NCBI GenBank assembly: GCA_963836235.1
Contig: CAWIIP010000002.1
Location: 1,664,001-1,728,000 of the forward strand
Origin: an uncultured Pseudomonadota bacterium
Lineage (GTDB): Bacteria > Oederibacteriota > Muellerivitia > Muellerivitales > Muellerivitaceae
Direction: 5' to 3'
Length of the DNA: 64,000 bases
In this document: piece after piece, positions 9,374 to 18,932 of the stretch
How the letters are laid out: the number at the start of each line of letters is the position of its first letter
How positions within the stretch are numbered: position 1 is the first letter of the stretch
Position numbers and translations under genes: made by a program
The notes under the pieces: model-generated
Seen by the model: only the letters and a program-made list of their open reading frames with translations
Databases searched by the model: none
Told to the model about the DNA's origin: nothing

Positions 9374-10210
9374 GTGAAAAAAATGTCGGCTTTGGCGTTA
9401 TTGAGCTCTTTGCTCCTGATCGCGACTTGGTCCTGTGAGCGGCGTTATACCCTGGGGCCGCTTCCGATTCCCACGCCCGTTCCCCCCACGGCCACCTTGA
9501 CCATCACGCTCACCCGCACGATCATCCCAACCCCTACCATTACCCTAACCCCTACTCTCACCGCAACCCCGACCGTTACTTCAACCCCCATCTGCGGCTT
9601 CACGTCCATTTATGTTCCGACCCCGGTTACCGCGCCAAGCGGCCCCGGGACTTTCTTTTACGTGATCCGAACCCTGGCGGATTGGCAGAATTACTTTGGC
9701 TCCGCCTCGCCGCCCGCCCCGGAGGCCACCCTCGGAAGCCAGATGATCCTCATCAACCTGCAAAGTATCGCGGTGACCCAATATATCCTTCCTTATCTTC
9801 CCTATACCACGATCTGCGATGGGGAAACGGACATTTACGAAAGCGACACGAACTACCCGACTCCAGGCCCGGTTTACAATTACACCGTCAAAGTCCAAAA
9901 CGTTTGTTGGACCCCCAGCCAAGTGACGGTTTCTTATGACCAATACGCCAATCTCTGTTCTCTTTCGATCGGCCCGGTAGGGCCGCCCATTATTTTGACT
10001 CCCATCGCCTTAACCCCGATACCTTGGCCGACACCCGCCCCGACCGCCACGCCTTCCCCCCCTGGAAGCCCCTGCAACCCCGGGGAAACGAACGTGATAT
10101 ATATATATGAAGCAGTGGGAGTGGCGGTTCCGGCCTCTACCGCCCCGGTTCTTTGGAGCCAAGTAGGATCCCTGCAAAATCCTGAAATATACTGCGTCTA
10201 CCCTGGATAA
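9374..10210 (+). CDS. Thr/Pro-rich lipoprotein, possible PrcB-C-like domain
   Basis: Lipobox TWSC; PT linker; VIRTLADW...PP...MILI...YTVKV..V...VTVSY pattern. Confidence 0.6.
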   Translation: MKKMSALALLSSLLLIATWSCERRYTLGPLPIPTPVPPTATLTITLTRTIIPTPTITLTPTLTATPTVTSTPICGFTSIYVPTPVTAPSGPGTFFYVIRTLADWQNYFGSASPPAPEATLGSQMILINLQSIAVTQYILPYLPYTTICDGETDIYESDTNYPTPGPVYNYTVKVQNVCWTPSQVTVSYDQYANLCSLSIGPVGPPIILTPIALTPIPWPTPAPTATPSPPGSPCNPGETNVIYIYEAVGVAVPASTAPVLWSQVGSLQNPEIYCVYPG

Positions 10211-10292
10211 TTTGTTTATCCGCCGAGCCAAAGTCCGTATATTCTTAAGACTTAAAAAGGGGATAAACCCTCTCTTCTCATTGGAGTCCTCG

Positions 10293-11213
10293 GTGAAAAA
10301 AATTCTTTGCCTGATGGCCTGTTTTATTCTTGGCCCGGTGGTTTGGGCGGATGATGGTAAGCCGTCCGTTCCAGTTCCTATTCCCGCGGGGGACGATAAC
10401 TTGCTGCCGCCGGTGGATTTGAGTTCCTTCACGCCTTTGCCCCAGCCAGCGACGAATAAACCGACACCTGTTCCTACCCCTGCAAAAAATTCGAGGCAGG
10501 CCGCTACCCCGACGGCTTCGACAAGTTCGCCCCAAGCGGTAAAAGCCGCGGCCGAAGTTTCTCCCGCGCCGGAAGCCCCGATGGCTGAATCCACCGAATC
10601 GGTTTCGACCAGCTCGCCGCAGGCCGCCGCCGCGGAAACCACCAACCCCGGTGCCGCCGTTTCAGCGGGAACATTGACGGATTACTTCCCCGTGGTTGAG
10701 GGCGCCCTGAGGACTTACGAATATACGCAGCCGGCCTCCGGCCAGGCCGCGAGTTTTACGGTGAAATGCGCCAGCGTCAAAACCATGCCCAACGGAACCA
10801 TTCGTATTGTTCAGGAAACCACGGAGGGGGGCCAATCCATCCGGGACCGTTACTCTCTCTACGATAATAAAGTGGAACATAAGGCTACCGGCGATCAAGC
10901 CTTTACCGGAGACTTCGCCTTCAAGCTTCCGAAGCCGGGGGAAGAGGCCTTTTGGTCGGTAACAGAAAAAAACGGAACGATTCACAAGTCCAAGGCTGTC
11001 TTTGGGCAGAGCCAACTGGACCCCAAGACCTATCCCGATTGCGTGGTGGTGACCGAAAAAGTGATCAAGGAGGGCCAGACGGTGAACACCGTTATTTATG
11101 ATTACGCCAAGGGAAAAGGCCTGGTGTCGATGGAGGTTTATTCCCCCAACATGAAACTGTCACAGGACAAATCCTACTCCCTGGCCCCGGCGGGGGAGGG
11201 GGCCGCCCCCTAA
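10293..11213 (+). CDS. Exported hypothetical protein with Pro/Ala/Thr linker
   Basis: GTG 10293 after GGAG gives a signal peptide (VWA/DD); C-terminal beta domain DYFP...YPDCVVV...YAKGKGLV. Confidence 0.7.
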   Translation: MKKILCLMACFILGPVVWADDGKPSVPVPIPAGDDNLLPPVDLSSFTPLPQPATNKPTPVPTPAKNSRQAATPTASTSSPQAVKAAAEVSPAPEAPMAESTESVSTSSPQAAAAETTNPGAAVSAGTLTDYFPVVEGALRTYEYTQPASGQAASFTVKCASVKTMPNGTIRIVQETTEGGQSIRDRYSLYDNKVEHKATGDQAFTGDFAFKLPKPGEEAFWSVTEKNGTIHKSKAVFGQSQLDPKTYPDCVVVTEKVIKEGQTVNTVIYDYAKGKGLVSMEVYSPNMKLSQDKSYSLAPAGEGAAP

Positions 11214-11503
11214 AAAGTTTTAAGGGAATTTATGGTGTTTTTCATCCTTTGGGCCACTAGTAGTTGTAGTGAAAGGAAAGAGTTTTCAATTCTGTCGATT
11301 CCTAATTAATTTCAAAAATTTTTAGCCTTTAGCCTGTTCAAAAGGGTTGCGATTCAAGCGTTTCTACGGGTATCATGCTTCCCCTGGCCTCCATCCAATC
11401 AAGGATTTTCCCTGATTTAATACGTTTCGAGGCTTTCAACGGTCCCCATGGTTTTTCCAGGCCGTTTTTGCAATTTAAATATTTTTGAGGAGGATGAGTT
11501 TCA

Positions 11504-13327
11504 ATGGAAAATGAAATTATCGTAGGCATCGGCGGCGCGGCCGGAGACGGCGGAGCGTCCACCGGAGACAACCTGGCTTTGGCCAGCGCCCGACAAGGTC
11601 TCTTCGTATATGTTTACACGAGCTACCAATCCCTGATCCGCGGCGGCCATTCCTGGATACGCCTCCGGATTTCCAGCAAGAACGTCACAAACGTCGGCGA
11701 CCAAGTTGGCGCCATGATCGCCCTGAACCAGGATTCGATGGATCGCCATCTGCAGGAATTGACGAGCGGCGGCATTTGCGTTTACAACGGCGACAAGGTA
11801 AAGCCTGGCAAGGCCCCCGAGGGCGTCCAGCTTTGCCCCCTCCCGGTTTTCGAGCTGGCGGGCAAAGACGCCCTTCCGATCATGCAAAACACCGTGGCCC
11901 TGGGCGCCCTCACCGGACTCCTGGGATTGGAATTCGAATCTCTCTCTTCCGTTTTCGAGCATACCTTTAAAAAGAAACCCCAGGTCGTCAAGGCCAACAT
12001 CGAGGCCTCCAGGGCCGGTTACGATTTCGCGGTGAAGACCTACAAGAAAATCGCGAGTCCCCTTGGTAAGACCCTGGCCAAGCTGGCCATGGTGCACGGC
12101 AACAACATGCTGGCCCTCGGCGCGGCCAACGCCGGTTGCAAAGTTTATTGCGCCTATCCCATGAGCCCGGCCACTGGTGTTCTTCACTGGATGGCGGGTC
12201 ACGGCAAGGACTTGGGCATCTGCGTGCGCCAAGTGGAGGATGAAATCGGCGTCGCCAACATGACCATCGGCGCGGGCCAAATGGGCGTGCGCGCCATGTG
12301 CGCCACATCGGGCGGCGGATTCGCCCTCATGACCGAAGCCATCGGCATGGCCTCCATCATGGAAATCCCGGTCGTCATGATCAACGTCATGCGAGGCGGG
12401 CCTTCCACGGGGCTTCCGACCAAACAAGAACAAGGCGACCTGAACCAGGCCATCGGGGCCTCCCAGGGCGACTTCCAACGCGTGATCATCGCCCCCACTT
12501 CCATCGCCGATTGCTACACCACCATGGAAGAAGCCTTCAACTACGCCGAGAAATTCCAGATGCCGGTGCTTATCCTGTCCGACCTGTTGATGAGCGAGGG
12601 CCATATGACGCTGGAAACCTCCTTTCTGGACCGCGAGTTCAAGATCGACCGCGGCGAGATGATTTTCGAAGACGATGGAAAGCCGAAAACCTACCTTCGT
12701 TATAAAGACACCCCCTCGGGCGTGTCGCCTCGGGCTATCCCCGGATTGCCGAACCATCTTTATGTTTCCGCCACCGACGAGCATGATGAGGACGGTGTCA
12801 CCATCTCTGACGTCTATACCGACCCCGTCACCCGCAAGAAGGTCGTGGACAAGCGCGAGCGCAAAATGCAGGGAGTTCTCGCCGCCCTACCCAAGCCGAA
12901 GCTGGAAGGAACAGCGGACGCCGAAACTGTCATCGTCACCTATGGCTCCACCTACGGCGCCGCCAGCGAAGCCGTCGAGCGCCTGAACAAAGATGGCGTG
13001 AAGTGTGGCCATCTTTCGGTCAAGTACCTGGTGCCTTTCCAAGACAAGGAAATCACCGCGCTGTTGAAGGGCAAAAAGAACATCATCGTCGTGGAAATGA
13101 ACAAGTCGGGCCAGTTCGCCCGCCATTTACGCGCCGAAACGGGCATCACGGCCACCGGCAACGTCCGCAAATACGACGGGGAGCCTTTCGAGCCCAAGCA
13201 TATCGTCGCGGGCATCAGGGAAGTCCTGAAGGGAAAAACGGTCGTAGAGTCCGAGTCGTTGGAACCGGGCTGGCGCACGCCGCACCCTCCGGGTCCGGGA
13301 GTCATGGCTACTTCGTCGACGCACTAA
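11504..13327 (+). CDS. korA: 2-oxoacid:ferredoxin oxidoreductase alpha subunit (gamma-alpha fusion)
   Basis: IGGAAGDG, YQSLIRGGHS, YPMSPAT, EDEI, TSGGGFALMTE, RGGPSTGLPT motifs. Confidence 0.95.
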   Translation: MENEIIVGIGGAAGDGGASTGDNLALASARQGLFVYVYTSYQSLIRGGHSWIRLRISSKNVTNVGDQVGAMIALNQDSMDRHLQELTSGGICVYNGDKVKPGKAPEGVQLCPLPVFELAGKDALPIMQNTVALGALTGLLGLEFESLSSVFEHTFKKKPQVVKANIEASRAGYDFAVKTYKKIASPLGKTLAKLAMVHGNNMLALGAANAGCKVYCAYPMSPATGVLHWMAGHGKDLGICVRQVEDEIGVANMTIGAGQMGVRAMCATSGGGFALMTEAIGMASIMEIPVVMINVMRGGPSTGLPTKQEQGDLNQAIGASQGDFQRVIIAPTSIADCYTTMEEAFNYAEKFQMPVLILSDLLMSEGHMTLETSFLDREFKIDRGEMIFEDDGKPKTYLRYKDTPSGVSPRAIPGLPNHLYVSATDEHDEDGVTISDVYTDPVTRKKVVDKRERKMQGVLAALPKPKLEGTADAETVIVTYGSTYGAASEAVERLNKDGVKCGHLSVKYLVPFQDKEITALLKGKKNIIVVEMNKSGQFARHLRAETGITATGNVRKYDGEPFEPKHIVAGIREVLKGKTVVESESLEPGWRTPHPPGPGVMATSSTH

Positions 13328-13378
13328 ATCTTATTTATTCATCTCCCTGAAAGGGGAGGCAACCTTTAGGAGGCATTT

Positions 13379-14275
13379 ATGGCGACAGCGGTAATAGCAG
13401 CACCCAGGGACGCGAAACTTTATAAACCGGAAATCCCACCCGATTGGTGTCCGGGTTGCGGGGACTACGGGGTTTTGACCGTTCTCCAGCGCGCCTGCGG
13501 CGAGCTGGGAATTCCCAACGAGCAATTGATGGTGGTGTCGGGCATCGGATGCTCGTCCAACCTGCCGGGCTTCTTCCGGTCTTACGGCATGCATTCCCTG
13601 CACGGCCGTTCCTTGCCGGTGGCCACCGGCGCCAAGATGGGCAACCATGACATGACCGTCATCGCCTGCGGCGGCGACGGGGACGGCTACGGCATCGGCC
13701 AGGGTCATTTCATCCATTCTATGCGCCGCAACGTCAACATGACCTATATCGTCATGGACAACGAGATCTACGGCCTGACGACCGGCCAGACCTCGCCGAC
13801 TTCGGAGCCCGGCATGAAGACCAAGTCCACCCCCAATGGAAACCCCGAGGGACAATTGAACCCCATCGCCCTGGCGCTGGCCGCCGGCTGCGGGTTCGTG
13901 GCGCGCGGTTTCTCCGGCGACATCAACCATTTGAAGAGCCTCTATACCCAGGCCATCCAATATCCGGGCTTCGCCCTGATCGACGTCTTCAGCCCCTGCG
14001 TCACCTTCAACAAGCAGAATACTTTCGGCTGGTTCAAGGAACGCGTCTATAAGCTGGAAGATAAGGGCCACAACCCGACCGACTGGGCTTCCGGCATGGA
14101 GCGCTCCAAGGAATGGGGAACGCAGATTCCGATCGGGGTCTTCTACAAGAATCCGAATCCCCAACCTTCTCTCGACGCGGCGGATCCGGCCCTGCAGGGC
14201 GCGGGCTTGTCCAAGACGAAGAAGCTGGGTTTAACGGCAGAGCAACGCAAAAAGTTGATCGAAGAATACGTTTAA
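13379..14275 (+). CDS. korB: 2-oxoacid:ferredoxin oxidoreductase beta subunit
   Basis: WCPGCGD, SGIGCSS, HGR, GGDGD...DNEIYGLT.GQ.SPT TPP motif, SPCVTFN. Confidence 0.95.
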   Translation: MATAVIAAPRDAKLYKPEIPPDWCPGCGDYGVLTVLQRACGELGIPNEQLMVVSGIGCSSNLPGFFRSYGMHSLHGRSLPVATGAKMGNHDMTVIACGGDGDGYGIGQGHFIHSMRRNVNMTYIVMDNEIYGLTTGQTSPTSEPGMKTKSTPNGNPEGQLNPIALALAAGCGFVARGFSGDINHLKSLYTQAIQYPGFALIDVFSPCVTFNKQNTFGWFKERVYKLEDKGHNPTDWASGMERSKEWGTQIPIGVFYKNPNPQPSLDAADPALQGAGLSKTKKLGLTAEQRKKLIEEYV

Positions 14276-14297
14276 GTTTTAAAGCAATAGAGACGAC

Positions 14298-14336
14298 AAA
14301 AGGTTCTTCTTAACAAAGAAGGGCCTTTTCTTTTTT
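14298..14336 (+). terminator. Rho-independent terminator after korB
   Basis: AAAAGGTTCTTCT-TAACAA-AGAAGGGCCTTTT followed by a T tract. Confidence 0.65.
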
Positions 14337-14369
14337 GGCCACGATTAGTTAAAATGCCATGCTTACAAA

Positions 14370-14840
14370 TTGGTGTTGAGAAGAGGTTCGGTTTTGCCCC
14401 ATGTAATCCTCGACAACTGCATCGGATGCACCCTTTGCGCGGTGAAATGCCCCACGGAGGCCATCGCTGGCGAAAAGAAAGCGATGTTCCATATTGATCC
14501 GGACCTCTGCATCGACTGCGGCGTCTGCGGCATCCATTGCCCGGTTGAGGCCATCATCAATCCCGAGGGAGAGACGGTCAAAAAGATCAAGCCGCTCGCC
14601 ATCCCGAAGGCTAAGGTCGAGGCCGAAACCTGCACGGCCTGCGAATTTTGCGTCGACGTCTGCCCTTTCGATTGCATCTCCATGCAGCCGCGCACCGACC
14701 ATCCCGAGTTTTTCAAAATCGCTGTTGTCGACGAGAAAAAATGCGTCAGTTGCAAGCTTTGCGAGACGGTCTGCATCAAGGGAAGCATCACCGTGGCCCG
14801 CCCGGCGGAGTTGATGAGCTACCAACCCAACCCTCGTTAA
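14370..14840 (+). CDS. Polyferredoxin with four CxxCxxCxxxC motifs
   Basis: CIGCTLCAVKCP, CIDCGVCGIHCP, CTACEFCVDVCP, CVSCKLCETVC; start may be TTG ~14394. Confidence 0.9.
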   Translation: MVLRRGSVLPHVILDNCIGCTLCAVKCPTEAIAGEKKAMFHIDPDLCIDCGVCGIHCPVEAIINPEGETVKKIKPLAIPKAKVEAETCTACEFCVDVCPFDCISMQPRTDHPEFFKIAVVDEKKCVSCKLCETVCIKGSITVARPAELMSYQPNPR

Positions 14841-14867
14841 GAATGGTTGGCGGGTTTCAGTTGAAGG

Positions 14868-14898
14868 AAACGAACCTTGGGTTCGTTTTCTTTTTTTT
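14868..14898 (+). terminator. Rho-independent terminator after the ferredoxin
   Basis: AAACGAACC-TTG-GGTTCGTTT followed by TCTTTTTTTT. Confidence 0.7.
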
Positions 14899-15023
14899 AG
14901 CCCTATCGACAGGGTTTTGATTTTACGAACAATTATGTTGCAGGTCATATTCAGGGCAGGGGTTGCAAATTAAAGTGTCGTCGCTTCATTGGTTGAAAAT
15001 CATCGTCATTTCGGGAGGATTCC

Positions 15024-16013
15024 ATGGCTGAGGAAATATTCGACATCATCATTATCGGCGGCGGGCCCACGGGCATGTTCGGCGGCTTTTACGCGGGGCT
15101 TCGCGGCATGAAGTTCAAAATCATCGATTCCCTGGAGCAATTGGGCGGGCAGGTGTCCGCCATGTACCCGGAAAAGGACATCTTCGACGTGGCGGGCTTC
15201 CCCCGCGTTTCCGGCAAAAAACTCGTGCAGGACCTGGAAGAGCAGTTGATGCGCTTCAAGCCCTCCCTTTGCCTTGGGGAAAAAGTCGCTTCGGTGGTGA
15301 AGCGTCCCGACAACGTGTTTGAGCTGACCACGGACAAGGGAAACAAACACCATTGCAAGGCGGTCGTCCTGACCCTGGGCATGGGTTCCTTCACGCCCAA
15401 GAAGCATCCGAATCCCGAACTGGTTCCTTTTGAGGGCAAGGGCGTGCAATATGGCATCCTTTCCCTGGAGCCCTTCAAGGGGAAAAGGGCCATGGTGGTC
15501 GGCGGCGGCGACTCCGCGCTCGACTGGGCCTTGATGCTGGAACCCATCTGTTCCAAAGTCACCCTCATCCATCGCCGGGACGAGTTCCGGGCCCATGAGG
15601 AATCGGTCCGAAAGCTGAAGGCCTCTACCGTCGACATCAAATTGTGGTATGAGCTTCGCACCGTCAAGGGCAACGGGAGGATGGAAGAAGCGGTGATCTA
15701 CGAGAACCATACCAATCAGGACGAGTCGATCCCGATGGATTTTGTGGTCCTCAATTTTGGCTTCCAAGCCAGCCTGGGCTTTTTGAAGGATTGGGGCATC
15801 CAGCTGGAAAAGAACAAGATTCCCGTGAACCATAAGATGGAAACCAACGTCCCGGGTATTTACGCGGCGGGAGATATCGTGACCCACCCCGGCAAGCTGG
15901 ACCTGATTGCCACGGGCTTCGCCGAGGGCGCCACGGCCGTCAATTTCTCCAAAACCTACATCAACCCCAACGAGAAAGCCTCACCAGGCCATAGCTCAAA
16001 TCTCAAATGGTAA
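15024..16013 (+). CDS. Thioredoxin-reductase-type ferredoxin-NADP+ reductase (YumC-like)
   Basis: GGGPTG, GGQVSAMYPEK.I.DV.GFP, GGGDSALDWA, HRR..FRAH, C-terminal PGHSS; no CxxC. Confidence 0.88.
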   Translation: MAEEIFDIIIIGGGPTGMFGGFYAGLRGMKFKIIDSLEQLGGQVSAMYPEKDIFDVAGFPRVSGKKLVQDLEEQLMRFKPSLCLGEKVASVVKRPDNVFELTTDKGNKHHCKAVVLTLGMGSFTPKKHPNPELVPFEGKGVQYGILSLEPFKGKRAMVVGGGDSALDWALMLEPICSKVTLIHRRDEFRAHEESVRKLKASTVDIKLWYELRTVKGNGRMEEAVIYENHTNQDESIPMDFVVLNFGFQASLGFLKDWGIQLEKNKIPVNHKMETNVPGIYAAGDIVTHPGKLDLIATGFAEGATAVNFSKTYINPNEKASPGHSSNLKW

Positions 16014-16019
16014 AAGTCG

Positions 16020-16063
16020 GCTGATAGCGGTTGGCCTTTAGCTGTCAGCCAACGGCTATCAGC
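16020..16063. repeat. Palindromic element (GCTGATAGC/GCTATCAGC type)
   Basis: GCTGATAGCGGTTGGC (16020-35) vs GCCAACGGCTATCAGC (16048-63), 15/16 complementary. Confidence 0.8.
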
Positions 16064-16095
16064 TAGTGGCTTACTCGTGAAAATGTTTCGAGGAG

Positions 16096-16920
16096 ATGGT
16101 TATGTCCATGGATGTCCGTACTAAGAAAGGCCTGTTCTTCACACTGCGTAAGGACGCTTGGTGGCTGGAGCCGCTTTTTTACCAGTGCCTTTTCGGCGGA
16201 TTCACCATTTACGCGACGTGGGCGGCTCTTCACCCCTATGGGCCCAATGGCCAGCATTATTATGAATATGGCCCTTACCTGTCTCCGATGTTCTCGCCCT
16301 TTTTCAACCCCGAATGGCTACACAAGCTTCCGGCGCTCTTGGCCACGCCCGCGCTCCTGATCCTTTGGGCGCCGGGTGGTTTTCGAGGCACCTGTTACTA
16401 CTACCGCAAGGCCTATTATCGGTCCGTCTTCATGGATCCGCCGGGTTGCGCGGTTGGGGAATCCTGCACCAAATATCAGGGGGAAACCAAGTTTTTCCTT
16501 TTCCAAAACCTGCACCGTTACTTGCTCTATGTAGCCCTTCTCTTTATTTTCATTCTTTCTTGGGACGGCCTGTTGGCCATGATTTGGCCGGTGAACGGCG
16601 TTGCCGCCGATAATAACGCGGTTCCCGGACCCCACCAATTTGGTATCGGTGTTGGTACCCTGGTGATGTGCCTGAACGCTTATCTTTTAAGCGGATATAC
16701 TCTGGGCTGCCACGCCTTCCGTCACCTAGTAGGCGGTGGGCTGGATTTCCTGCGCGTGAAAAAAAATAATCCCATTCGTTTCGCCCTTTGGAGCATCGTC
16801 ACCAAGTTGAACGAGCGGCATATGCAATGGGCGCTCGTTTCCATGATTTGGGTTGGATTGACGGACCTTTATATCCGGTTGTGCGCCATGGGCGTGATTC
16901 ACGATATAAGGTTGTTTTAA
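16096..16920 (+). CDS. Succinate dehydrogenase membrane anchor, mycobacterial Sdh1 (Rv0249c-like) type
   Basis: YLSP..SP, FRGTCYYYRKAYYR, YQGET.F...QNLHRY, GCHAFRHLVGG, H...A..S...V...DLY.RL; directly precedes sdhA. Confidence 0.85.
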   Translation: MVMSMDVRTKKGLFFTLRKDAWWLEPLFYQCLFGGFTIYATWAALHPYGPNGQHYYEYGPYLSPMFSPFFNPEWLHKLPALLATPALLILWAPGGFRGTCYYYRKAYYRSVFMDPPGCAVGESCTKYQGETKFFLFQNLHRYLLYVALLFIFILSWDGLLAMIWPVNGVAADNNAVPGPHQFGIGVGTLVMCLNAYLLSGYTLGCHAFRHLVGGGLDFLRVKKNNPIRFALWSIVTKLNERHMQWALVSMIWVGLTDLYIRLCAMGVIHDIRLF

Positions 16921-17009
16921 CCACGGAATACATGGAGATCACGGAGTTAAAGATTTTGTTCATTCAAGGTTTTTTGCCGTACTCAGTGGTCTCTTTGTCT
17001 TCCGCGGTG
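16919..17009. repeat. Imperfect REP-like inverted repeat inside the sdh operon
   Basis: AACCACGGAATACATGGAGATCACGGAGT vs the reverse complement of 16981-17009: 22/29 match. Confidence 0.7.
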
Positions 17010-17024
17010 AAATCTTTTTAGGAG

Positions 17025-18914
17025 ATGGATTTGAGCGATAACTATCAATCTTTTGAATACGACGTGCTGGTCATCGGGGCCGGCGGGGCGGGGCTTCGCG
17101 CCGCCATTGAGGCTTCGGCGGCGGGTTGCAAGACCGGGCTGGTCTGCAAGTCCCTCTTGGGCAAGGCCCATACGGTGATGGCCGAGGGGGGCATCGCGGC
17201 GGCGCTGGCCACGGTCGACTCGCGTGATTCCTGGCAGCAGCATTTCTGTGACAGCATGATCGGCGGCAATCTGGGCAATCATTGGCGTATGGCGCAAATC
17301 CACGCCCAACAGGCCCCCGACAGGGTTAGGGAACTGGAAACCTGGGGCGCGGTATTCGACCGGACCTCCGACGGCAAGGGCAACATCAACGTGCGCCATT
17401 TCGGCGGCCATACCTACAAACGCCTGGCCCATGTGGGCGACCGAACGGGGCTGGAATTGATCCGCACCCTGCAGGACAAAGGGGTCCATTCGGGTATCGA
17501 CGTCCATATGGAATGTACTATTTATTCCTTAATGAAGGACGGCGACAGGATTGCCGGGGCCTATGGCTATTTCCGCGAGACGGGAAGGCCGGTGCTCTTC
17601 AAGGCCAAATCTGTCATTGTCTCCACTGGCGGCATTGGAAAACTTTATTTCATCAATTCCAACTCCTGGGAATGCGCGGGGGACGGCTTCGGACTCTCCT
17701 ACCTGGCGGGGGCGGAACTGGCCGACATGGAATATATCCAGTTCCATCCCACCGGGATGGTCTGGCCCCCCTCCGTGCGCGGCCTTCTCATTACCGAGGG
17801 CGTGCGGGGCGAGGGCGGGGTTCTCAAAAACAACAAGGGCGAGCGGTTTATGTTCAAGTATATCCCCCCCAAGTATCAGGGTAAGTACGCGGAAACCGAG
17901 GAAGAAGCCAATGCCTGGTTCCAGAAAGTCGTCATTGAGGGCGTGAAGGAAGAAACAGTTAAGGAACGCAAACCCCCCGAGCTCATGAGCCGAGACGTGG
18001 TGGCGAGGGCCCTGTGGAATGAGATCAAGGAGGGGCGCGGAACTGAGCACGGCGGCGTCTACCTGGATATTGCTTCCCGCCGCACCCCCGAAGACATCAA
18101 GAAAAAGCTTCCCTCCATGTACCACCAGTTCAAGCAGCTGGCGGACGTGGATATCACCAAAGTGCCCATGGAAACGGGCCCGACCTGTCATTACATGATG
18201 GGCGGAGTGAAAGTGGACCCCGAAAGCCAAATGTCGAACGTACCAGGCCTCTTCGCGGCGGGCGAATGCTCGGCCGGGATGCACGGCTCCAACCGTCTAG
18301 GCGGGAACTCCCTATCTGACCTGGTGGTCTTCGGAAAGCTGGCGGGCGAGCACGCAGCCAACTACGCCAAAAAGTTGAAGGATTTCCCCAAAATCGACGA
18401 GTCCCAGTTGGCAGGCTTGAACAAGGAAATGAACCAGCCTTTCGAGAACCAGGAGGGAGAAGTTTCTTATAAAATCCTGGCCGATTTACAGCACATCATG
18501 GAAAAGGGCGCGGGCATGTTCCGGGAAGAACCCACCATGGACCAATGCCTGAAGGACCTGGAAGGCCTGAAGGAACGCGTCAAGAAGGTTTCCGCGGAGG
18601 GCAACCGCATGTTCAATCCCGGCTGGCACGTGGCGTTGGACTTACGCAACATGCTGGCAGTGGGAGAAGCCATCGTTCGAGCGGCCAAGGAACGCAAGGA
18701 ATCGCGTGGAGGTCACACCCGCACCGATTACACGGGCTACTCCAAGGAATTCGCGAAGAAGCGGGTGGTGGTGCGTCGGAAGGGTGACAAAATGGAAGTG
18801 GTGCGGGAGGATTTGCCCCAAATTCCCAAGGAACTGGAAGAAGAATTAGTTAATGCGCACCTCTTGAAGCCGGAAATTCTTCAACAGCTTCGCGGAGAAA
18901 CCGCATCGAAATGA
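17025..18914 (+). CDS. sdhA: Succinate dehydrogenase/fumarate reductase flavoprotein subunit
   Basis: GAGGAG, AHTVMAEGG (covalent-FAD His), QFHPTG, TEGVRGEGG, HYMMGG, HGSNRLGGNSL, ESRGGH. Confidence 0.96.
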   Translation: MDLSDNYQSFEYDVLVIGAGGAGLRAAIEASAAGCKTGLVCKSLLGKAHTVMAEGGIAAALATVDSRDSWQQHFCDSMIGGNLGNHWRMAQIHAQQAPDRVRELETWGAVFDRTSDGKGNINVRHFGGHTYKRLAHVGDRTGLELIRTLQDKGVHSGIDVHMECTIYSLMKDGDRIAGAYGYFRETGRPVLFKAKSVIVSTGGIGKLYFINSNSWECAGDGFGLSYLAGAELADMEYIQFHPTGMVWPPSVRGLLITEGVRGEGGVLKNNKGERFMFKYIPPKYQGKYAETEEEANAWFQKVVIEGVKEETVKERKPPELMSRDVVARALWNEIKEGRGTEHGGVYLDIASRRTPEDIKKKLPSMYHQFKQLADVDITKVPMETGPTCHYMMGGVKVDPESQMSNVPGLFAAGECSAGMHGSNRLGGNSLSDLVVFGKLAGEHAANYAKKLKDFPKIDESQLAGLNKEMNQPFENQEGEVSYKILADLQHIMEKGAGMFREEPTMDQCLKDLEGLKERVKKVSAEGNRMFNPGWHVALDLRNMLAVGEAIVRAAKERKESRGGHTRTDYTGYSKEFAKKRVVVRRKGDKMEVVREDLPQIPKELEEELVNAHLLKPEILQQLRGETASK

Positions 18915-18932
18915 AGATAAAGGATGGTTTAA

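Noticed and set aside
11253-11271. CCACTAGTAGTTGTAGTG as an NrdR-like box upstream of korA
   Set aside because: Weak match, single copy, and no ribonucleotide reductase context.
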